A stretch of DNA of 64,000 nucleotides from Pseudobdellovibrionaceae bacterium (GTDB taxonomy: Bacteria; Bdellovibrionota; Bdellovibrionia; Bdellovibrionales; JAMPXM01). The notes below the pieces were generated by a model. It saw nothing but the letters and a program-made list of their open reading frames with translations. It had not been told where the DNA came from and ran no database searches. Location: the NCBI GenBank assembly GCA_021463345.1, contig JAJTYM010000002.1, forward strand, positions 33,422-97,421, read 5' to 3'. The translations under genes and the position numbers were made by a program. Below are positions 57,889 through 64,000 of this stretch, in pieces. Position 1 is the stretch's first letter; each line of letters opens with the position of its first letter.

Positions 57889-59490
57889 ATGTCGTCGGGC
57901 AACGAGCGCCTGCGAAAAACGGCCTTCAAAACCTCGAGCGGGATCGAAATCAAGGGCGCTTACACGCCGGACGATTGGAAGCCAGGCCCCGGCCTCGGCG
58001 AACCCGGCAAGTACCCGTACACGCGCGGCGTGCAGGGCACTATGTACAGGGGCCGATTCTGGACGATGCGTCAGTACGCCGGTTTCGGTTCGGCGCGGGA
58101 ATCCAACGAACGCTACAAGATCCTGCTCGCGCGTGGGCAGACCGGCCTCAGCGTCGCCTTCGACCTGCCCACGCAGATGGGTTACGACTCGGATCACGTC
58201 ATGTCGAGCGGCGAGGTCGGCAAAGTCGGCGTCGCGATCAGCTCGCTCGAGGACATGGAGATCCTCCTGAAAGACCTGCCGCTCGAGCAAATCTCCACTT
58301 CGATGACCATCAATTCGACGGCCGGGATCCTGCTGGCGCTCTACATCGCGGTCGCCCGCCGACGGGGGATCGCGGCCGAAAAGCTCACCGGAACGATCCA
58401 GAACGACCTGCTCAAAGAGTACATCGCGCGCGGCACGTACATTTACCCCCCGGGACCGTCGCTTCGCGTGATCACCGACATCTTCCAGTACTGCTCGAGC
58501 CATGTTCCCAACTGGAACACGATCTCGATCTCCGGTTACCACATCCGCGAGGCCGGCAGCACCGCCGCCCAGGAGATCGCCTTCACGCTCGCCAACGGCA
58601 TCACTTACGTCCAAGCGGCGATCGAGAACGGGCTCGACGTCGACTCGTTCGCCGGCCGGCTCAGTTTCTTCTTCAACGTGCACAACAATTTCTTCGAGGA
58701 GATCGCCAAATTCCGGGCCGCCAGGCGCATGTGGGCAAAGATCATGCGCGAACGCTTCGGGGCGCGGAACGAAAAATCCTGGAAACTCCGCTTCCACTCG
58801 CAAACCGCCGGCAGCACGTTGACCGCTCAGCAGCCGGAGAACAACATCGTTCGCGTCGCGCTCCAAGCCATGGCTTCCGTCCTGGGCGGCACGCAGAGCC
58901 TGCACACGAATTCGATGGACGAGGCCCTCGGCCTCCCGACCGAGAATGCGGCGACGATCGCGCTCCGCACGCAGCAGATCATCGCCAACGAATCCGGGGT
59001 CGCGGACGCGATCGACCCGTTGGGCGGCTCCTTTCTCGTGGAGAGCCTCACGTCCCGCCTGGAGCGGGATGCGACCGAGTACATCCGCCGCATCGAAGAG
59101 ATGGGCGGGGTCATCAAGTGCATCGAAAGCGGCTGGATCCAAAGAGAAATCCAGGCCGCCGCCTACCGTTTCCAAAAAGCCGTGGAGACGAAAGAGGAGA
59201 TCGTCGTCGGCGTGAACGATTTCGTCCAAACCGAACCTGGAGAACCCGACATCCTGAAAGTCAGCGAGGAAACCGCGCGCGAACAGATCCAGCGCCTGAC
59301 GGCGTTCAAAGCGGCGCGCGACCCGCGGGTCACCGGGGATCATCTGGAAAAAGTGAAAGCGGCGGCGCGATCGGGCGCGAACCTGATGCCGGTCTTCGTG
59401 GACGCGGTTGAAAACCACGTCACTCTCGGCGAGATTTCAGAAGCGCTTCGAGGGGTGTTCGGCACGCATAGGGAAACCATCACGGTCTGA
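57889..59490 (+). CDS. methylmalonyl-CoA mutase, catalytic (TIM-barrel) chain without a B12-binding domain
   Basis: [46 protein letters not shown]. The 533-aa ORF ends before any DxHxxG cobalamin-binding module. Confidence 0.9.
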   Translation: MSSGNERLRKTAFKTSSGIEIKGAYTPDDWKPGPGLGEPGKYPYTRGVQGTMYRGRFWTMRQYAGFGSARESNERYKILLARGQTGLSVAFDLPTQMGYDSDHVMSSGEVGKVGVAISSLEDMEILLKDLPLEQISTSMTINSTAGILLALYIAVARRRGIAAEKLTGTIQNDLLKEYIARGTYIYPPGPSLRVITDIFQYCSSHVPNWNTISISGYHIREAGSTAAQEIAFTLANGITYVQAAIENGLDVDSFAGRLSFFFNVHNNFFEEIAKFRAARRMWAKIMRERFGARNEKSWKLRFHSQTAGSTLTAQQPENNIVRVALQAMASVLGGTQSLHTNSMDEALGLPTENAATIALRTQQIIANESGVADAIDPLGGSFLVESLTSRLERDATEYIRRIEEMGGVIKCIESGWIQREIQAAAYRFQKAVETKEEIVVGVNDFVQTEPGEPDILKVSEETAREQIQRLTAFKAARDPRVTGDHLEKVKAAARSGANLMPVFVDAVENHVTLGEISEALRGVFGTHRETITV

Positions 59491-59646
59491 TCCGGAGTGC
59501 CGTGGGGAAGGCGCATGGCCTCCTCCATCAAGCCCCGAGTGACGGGTTTTGGCTCTGGCTTGAGCTCAGAGTGTGAATAATTCAATAGAGCCTGGAACGG
59601 CGTTTGCTTCTCGTCTCGGGGTCATAGCCGAACCAGGAGTCTTTTG

Positions 59647-60237
59647 ATGAAACTCTCGCGTTTCCCCATGATCATCGCTCTCGCCGCCGCCTTCCTTCAA
59701 CCCTCGCTCGGCGCTGCCCGCCAAGATCGCCAAACCGACCACCTGGCCGGAGCGAGCCCGAATGTGCAAAGTCTCGCGCTCCTGGCGGAATCCCGGAGTC
59801 TCTCCGATTCCGACGCCGAGGAGATGCTCTCCCGCCTGGAATTGACCGAACGCAAAGAACTGATCGACTTGCTCCTTCAGAAAGCCCGGGAAGACAAAGA
59901 GCGCCTGAGCGAGCTGCGAAAGGAGATCAAAGAGGGGCAAAGGCGCCGCGGGTACATCGGTTGGGCCACCGCCGGCTCGGCCGTCGCCACCATAGTCAAC
60001 TTTTTCGCCGTCGGTGCAGCGTCGAAGTTCCCGTCAGTGGCCATGAAGTTCGGAAAGGGAATGGGCCTTACCTTCGCCGCCACGCTCGTCGGCACATTCT
60101 ATTACCTGGGCCATGAGAACGAAGTCATGCTGAATCGCGAGGAGGCGAAGGAGCTTCAGGCGAGCATCGAGCGCGGCATCAAGTTCCTCGAAACGGCGTC
60201 GACGAACATCGAACGTCGGATCCAGCTGGAGGAATGA
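59647..60237 (+). CDS. secreted/membrane protein of unknown function (signal peptide, coiled coil, two hydrophobic helices)
   Basis: AGGAG lies 7 nt upstream of ATG 59647. The protein starts MKLSRFPMIIALAAAFLQPSLGAA. Hydrophobic segments are YIGWATAGSAVATIVNFFAVGAA and GMGLTFAATLVGTFYYLG. Confidence 0.6.
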   Translation: MKLSRFPMIIALAAAFLQPSLGAARQDRQTDHLAGASPNVQSLALLAESRSLSDSDAEEMLSRLELTERKELIDLLLQKAREDKERLSELRKEIKEGQRRRGYIGWATAGSAVATIVNFFAVGAASKFPSVAMKFGKGMGLTFAATLVGTFYYLGHENEVMLNREEAKELQASIERGIKFLETASTNIERRIQLEE

Positions 60238-60241
60238 GACC

Positions 60242-61252
60242 ATGGCCCTCATGGCGGTCGCTCGCGTGATGCTTTCCGTTTCTATCACGGCGACGATCGC
60301 TCATGTGCCGACGGCTTCTGCGGCCCCCCTCCGGTGCGCCGATCTTTTCGCGCGAGCAGGCTCGCTTGAGCCGCTGAAACTCGCGCTCGACGGCCTCGCC
60401 CCCCAGGTTCAACGCGAAGTCCTCGAACGCGTTCACACGGCTCTGCGACGAGGCTCCGTCTCTTCCGCACAAATCGCCAAACTCGCCCGGGTTCTCGAAC
60501 GCCTGGGCGAAAAACGGGCTTTGGGCCTCTCCCGGCTCATACGCCTCGATTTCGAAGAAGCGACGGCCGACTTGGCGCGTACGGAGCTCGCCGCCGCCCG
60601 TTTCGCGGAAGCCTTCGCGAAAACCGCGGTGGAGGAAGGGCTTCTCAAGGAACCGAGCCGCCTCGAAACCGCTCTCGCGCGATTTTTCTCCCCCTCCAAC
60701 GGGAGATCCGCCCTGGTTTGGGCTTCGGTCCACGCCTCCGTCAACACCGCCACCTTCCTCGTTTTTCAGCAACCCATGCTGGCGCCCGTTTACATGCCAA
60801 GCATGAAGTTTCGCCTTTCTCCCGATCGGGTTCGGGAGCTCGCCGATCGCAGCGGGAGGATCGGATTCGAAAACGCGTTTCGCGAATTGAAGCCAGGAAT
60901 CGCGGGAACGCTACACGCCCAACTGGCTTATAAACTCGTTTCTCGCGCGATGAACGCGGCTCTTTTGGCCATTGCTCTCGAATTCATCATCGACGACCTG
61001 CCGGAAGAGATGGATGAAGCCAAAGCGCGGCAGCTGATAGCGAACGCCACGAAACATGCGAACGAGGTTGAAGCGGGCCTGATCTCCATCAACAACGATC
61101 TCATCCTGGGGTACGAGAAACGGTTGGGTTCCGTGGAGGACCCCCGGCTCCACCAATTGATCCTCGAGGAAATCGCCAGGCTCAAGGAACAGAACGACGA
61201 ACTGTCGGCCTCGCGCGACCTCGAGACCCATGAGGAACGCCCCGGCCGTTGA
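60242..61252 (+). CDS. predicted secreted alpha-helical protein of unknown function
   Basis: The 336-aa ORF starts 4 nt after the previous stop. The signal-like N-terminus is MALMAVARVMLSVSITATIAHVPTASA. I recognise no motif. Confidence 0.6.
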   Translation: MALMAVARVMLSVSITATIAHVPTASAAPLRCADLFARAGSLEPLKLALDGLAPQVQREVLERVHTALRRGSVSSAQIAKLARVLERLGEKRALGLSRLIRLDFEEATADLARTELAAARFAEAFAKTAVEEGLLKEPSRLETALARFFSPSNGRSALVWASVHASVNTATFLVFQQPMLAPVYMPSMKFRLSPDRVRELADRSGRIGFENAFRELKPGIAGTLHAQLAYKLVSRAMNAALLAIALEFIIDDLPEEMDEAKARQLIANATKHANEVEAGLISINNDLILGYEKRLGSVEDPRLHQLILEEIARLKEQNDELSASRDLETHEERPGR

Positions 61253-61371
61253 TCACAGTCCGGTAACAATTCACGTCCCATCACTTGAAAAGATCGCCAC
61301 TCGCTGAGCCCGCATTTTCCATAGATATCTGATTTTACTCGATTTTAAAGAACAACAAAGAGGCACCTGTC

Positions 61372-62937
61372 TTGCTTTGGGACATGTGCATGCCCGCGCG
61401 CGACGCTTTCGAATCTAAAAAAAGACCCAAACACCCCAACTCCTGGGGCGCCAAAAGCGAGTCGATGGTTGACGGGGCGATCACGCTCCTGCTCGCCTTG
61501 AGCGTCGCTCTTTTCGCTTGGGACAAGCACCGCTCAGGCGCGGATTCCCTCTCTTCGACCGATGCGGCTTCAGACTCGGCCCCGACGGGCGCGCTTTCGG
61601 CGAAAAACGAAACCCTACCAGCGTCGCCGCCGATGCGGGCCGAGCGGGCTCAAGCCATCGCTCTGCCGGAAGCCGAGCCGATCGAGCCCAACTCCGCCCA
61701 AACACTGGTGCCGGCCATCCGCGACGCGGACGCCGAAGGCTCCGTCTCCCTCCTCGAGTTCGACCGCGAAGCCGTTCTTGGGGACGCGGGCGGCCGGATC
61801 GACGACGAATTCTCCATCCCTCCAGGCCTCAAGGATCGCGTCGGCTTCTGGTTCGACGTGTACACGAAGTGGGACGAGCATCAACGCGTGATCCACAACG
61901 CGCTCCATCCTTGGATCGTTTATCGCGTGGTCGATGTCACTCCGATCATCGCCTCCAAAACGCCGAAACGGCGCTGGATGCGGAACCAGAAGGCGGACGA
62001 GTTCGTCGACGCCGAAGCCGCCCGCATTCGCGCCGCCCTCAAGAGCGTCGCCGCCCGGAAACACCTCAGGAACCTGAATCCGTACGAGCGCGACGTCGTC
62101 AACGCGCTGAAAGCGCTCGGCGGCAAAGCGCAAACCCGCGCACGCGCCGCGATCGGTGAAACGCGCGTGCAGATGGGCCAGAGGAATTTTTTCGAGCAGG
62201 GACTCCGGATCAGCCCCCGATACCTGCCCGAAATGGAGCGGATCTTTTCGGCCAAGAAACTTCCGATCGAGCTCACGCGCCTCCCGCTCGTCGAAAGCAG
62301 CTTCAACAAATTCGCCACGAGCAAGGACGGCGCGGCCGGGATTTGGCAGTTCATGGGAAACACCGGCGGCAAATTCATGCTGATCAACGGGCAGATCGAC
62401 GAGCGGCGATCGCCGTTCAAGGCGACCGAGGCCGCCGCCCGCCTGCTCAAGGAAAATCACATGATACTCTACCGTAAATGGCCGCTCGCCTTGACCGCGT
62501 ACAACCATGGACCCGGCGGCGTGCGAAAGGCGACGAAAGCGATGGGCACCCAGGACCTCTCCCGGATCGTGGGCAAGTACCGCTCGAAGATGTTCGGGTT
62601 CGCATCATCCAATTTCTACACCTCGTTCTTGGCCGCGCTTCACGCCCAGTCCTACAACGACAAAATCTGGTCGGGGCTGCGGAAAGAGGCCGCTTTGGAC
62701 ACCCACGTCGTCAAGCTCCCCCGCCCATACGGTGTCAAGCGCCTGATGAAGATCGCGGGCCTCGACGACGAGAAGCTCCTGCTCTACAATCCGGACTTGA
62801 ACAAGGTCTTGAAAAACCGCGGCGTCGTCCCGCGCGGATTCCGGCTGCACCTGCCTGTCGACCTGCGCACCCGCGTGGAAAGGCTGTTCGCCGGCGCCAC
62901 GAGCGGTGAAAAGCGCCTCGCGCGCAGAAAATCCTGA
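61372..62937 (+). CDS. MltD-like lytic murein transglycosylase (SLT domain)
   Basis: The catalytic region is LPLVESSFNKFATSKDGAAGIWQFMGNTG. A membrane anchor VDGAITLLLALSVALFAW is present. The start is uncertain (TTG 61372, ATG 61384/61390). Confidence 0.85.
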   Translation: MLWDMCMPARDAFESKKRPKHPNSWGAKSESMVDGAITLLLALSVALFAWDKHRSGADSLSSTDAASDSAPTGALSAKNETLPASPPMRAERAQAIALPEAEPIEPNSAQTLVPAIRDADAEGSVSLLEFDREAVLGDAGGRIDDEFSIPPGLKDRVGFWFDVYTKWDEHQRVIHNALHPWIVYRVVDVTPIIASKTPKRRWMRNQKADEFVDAEAARIRAALKSVAARKHLRNLNPYERDVVNALKALGGKAQTRARAAIGETRVQMGQRNFFEQGLRISPRYLPEMERIFSAKKLPIELTRLPLVESSFNKFATSKDGAAGIWQFMGNTGGKFMLINGQIDERRSPFKATEAAARLLKENHMILYRKWPLALTAYNHGPGGVRKATKAMGTQDLSRIVGKYRSKMFGFASSNFYTSFLAALHAQSYNDKIWSGLRKEAALDTHVVKLPRPYGVKRLMKIAGLDDEKLLLYNPDLNKVLKNRGVVPRGFRLHLPVDLRTRVERLFAGATSGEKRLARRKS

Positions 62938-62944
62938 CGGGCTT

Positions 62945-64000
62945 TCAACGCAGGGAATGGTTGAAGACATTGGCGACGCCCCGGTCGGCCAAGGCCGTGA
63001 CCGCTTGGATTTTCGCCGCGCCGTCGGAAACGATCGAAACCGTGACGATGCCCTCGGGAACGTTGAAAATCGCGTAACCGCCGCCGGGCACGCCAGACGC
63101 CGCCCGCAAAGCCTTGCCGGCGCCGTCGAAGTACAGCACTTTGACCGCGCGTGCCGCCGACATCGGGCGGACATGGACCTCGTATCTCGCACGCGCATCG
63201 ACGAAGCCGACAATGACGCCGGTGTCGACGTCTTTCGTGACCCGGCGGCTGGAACGCAATCCCTCCAGCCAAGCGCTTCCGATCATCGGCGCGAAAGCGA
63301 AATCACGCTCTCTCGGCAGGTTCAGCCGCGTGACCGCGTAGCTCTCGCCGGCGTCGATGTCGATCGCGGCCAGGCCGCCGCCCGGCGAATGCCGCAAGAC
63401 GCCGCGGCCCGAGGACCCGATGGACGACAACGAGTCCGAGCCGACCGGCGCCACCCGCGCCGCGAGAGGCTGGTCCGTCCGGAACGCGTCGAAAACCTTG
63501 ATGTCGAGTTTTTTCGCGCGCGCAACCTCCAAATCGAGGCTTGTCACGAACCCGGCCTCCACCGGAAAAAGGACGGGATCCAAACGCCCGTCACCGCCCA
63601 CCCGCGCCTGCACGCCGTGGACGCCGGACTCGAAAACGACGAACGCGTAAGCGCCGTTCGCCGAAGTCGAGGAAAGGGACGGGTCTGGAATCAGCAAGGA
63701 GCTGAAATAAACCGGCTTCAGTTCCCGCTCGCCCGTGATCATTTCGACGGTGGCACCGGGCACCGGCCGGCCATCGCGGACGACGCGTCCCCAGACCACC
63801 GCGATCGGCTGACGCTCTTCGACGCCGGCGAGGCTGCGGAAGGCGGCCATCATGGAATCCGGGAACATCGTAACGACGTTTTCAGCGCCCGCTTCGACGA
63901 ACGCCAACGTGCCCCAATACCCGGGCTTGGTCACTCTGGCGACGACGACGGAGCCAGAGCCGAGCGCGGGATCAGAAAACTTGCCGGTGCGGGCGGCGGT
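62945..64000 (-). CDS. unknown protein with carboxypeptidase-regulatory-like beta-sandwich motifs, 5' end beyond the window
   Basis: Track ORF 62945..63934, but the frame stays open to position 64000 (checked by hand) and the N-terminus lacks a signal peptide. Motifs include VRDGRPVPGATVEMI and GGGYAIFNVPEGIVTVSIV. Confidence 0.6.
   Translation of the reverse strand, partial: TAARTGKFSDPALGSGSVVVARVTKPGYWGTLAFVEAGAENVVTMFPDSMMAAFRSLAGVEERQPIAVVWGRVVRDGRPVPGATVEMITGERELKPVYFSSLLIPDPSLSSTSANGAYAFVVFESGVHGVQARVGGDGRLDPVLFPVEAGFVTSLDLEVARAKKLDIKVFDAFRTDQPLAARVAPVGSDSLSSIGSSGRGVLRHSPGGGLAAIDIDAGESYAVTRLNLPRERDFAFAPMIGSAWLEGLRSSRRVTKDVDTGVIVGFVDARARYEVHVRPMSAARAVKVLYFDGAGKALRAASGVPGGGYAIFNVPEGIVTVSIVSDGAAKIQAVTALADRGVANVFNHSLR

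Noticed and set aside
56959-59418. 819-aa minus-strand ORF
   Set aside because: It is antisense to the biotin carboxylase, BCCP and methylmalonyl-CoA mutase genes, all of which have strong signatures. Its composition is that of a GC artefact.

Overview
Visibly GC-rich chromosomal segment from a Gram-negative bacterium (TonB, BamD, a LolA-like protein and many lipoproteins are present; the lineage cannot be fixed from sequence alone). It is dominated by housekeeping operons. Left to right: an edge-truncated VWA lipoprotein, a TonB-family protein, a minus-strand lipoprotein/OM-barrel operon, galU-hyp-priA, a Zn-ribbon protein and a flavoprotein. Next comes the conserved block rpsB-tsf-pyrH-frr-uppS-cdsA-rseP-tsaB, followed by a MinD/ParA-like ATPase, a J-like/RodZ-HTH protein, rluD and pgeF. 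A nitroreductase and a small REP/RAYT-type mobile unit follow. The minus-strand block holds mltG plus an arginine/ornithine succinyltransferase-type cluster (aminotransferase, M20 hydrolase, astA, astD). Then come a coupled TPR-SH3 / cNMP-binding / AI-2E permease trio, bamD, a TPR protein and hpt. A long minus-strand block follows: rimO, yajQ, LolA-like, comF, AAC(6')-like GNAT, rlmH, a fused nadD-rsfS, obg, rpmA, rplU. After two convergent orphan lipoproteins come rng, pilT, acyP and a nucleoside catabolism operon (deoC-deoA-PNP-deaminase). The right end holds an S8 protease, a propionyl-CoA carboxylase/methylmalonyl-CoA mutase operon, two unknown secreted proteins, an MltD-like lytic transglycosylase and an edge-truncated minus-strand gene. 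I found no rRNA, tRNA or CRISPR array by eye. I could not identify a convincing new multi-gene system such as a defence island. The most unusual items are the RAYT flanked by inverted hairpin repeats, the NadD-RsfS fusion, the HPD-less J-domain/RodZ-HTH protein paired with a MinD-like ATPase, a perfect 21-bp inverted repeat upstream of galU, several orphan secreted-protein genes, and long basic tails on ribosomal proteins. Most long ORFs antisense to, or in alternate frames of, recognisable genes are GC-content artefacts. Hand-derived coordinates of non-ORF features may be off by 1-2 nt.
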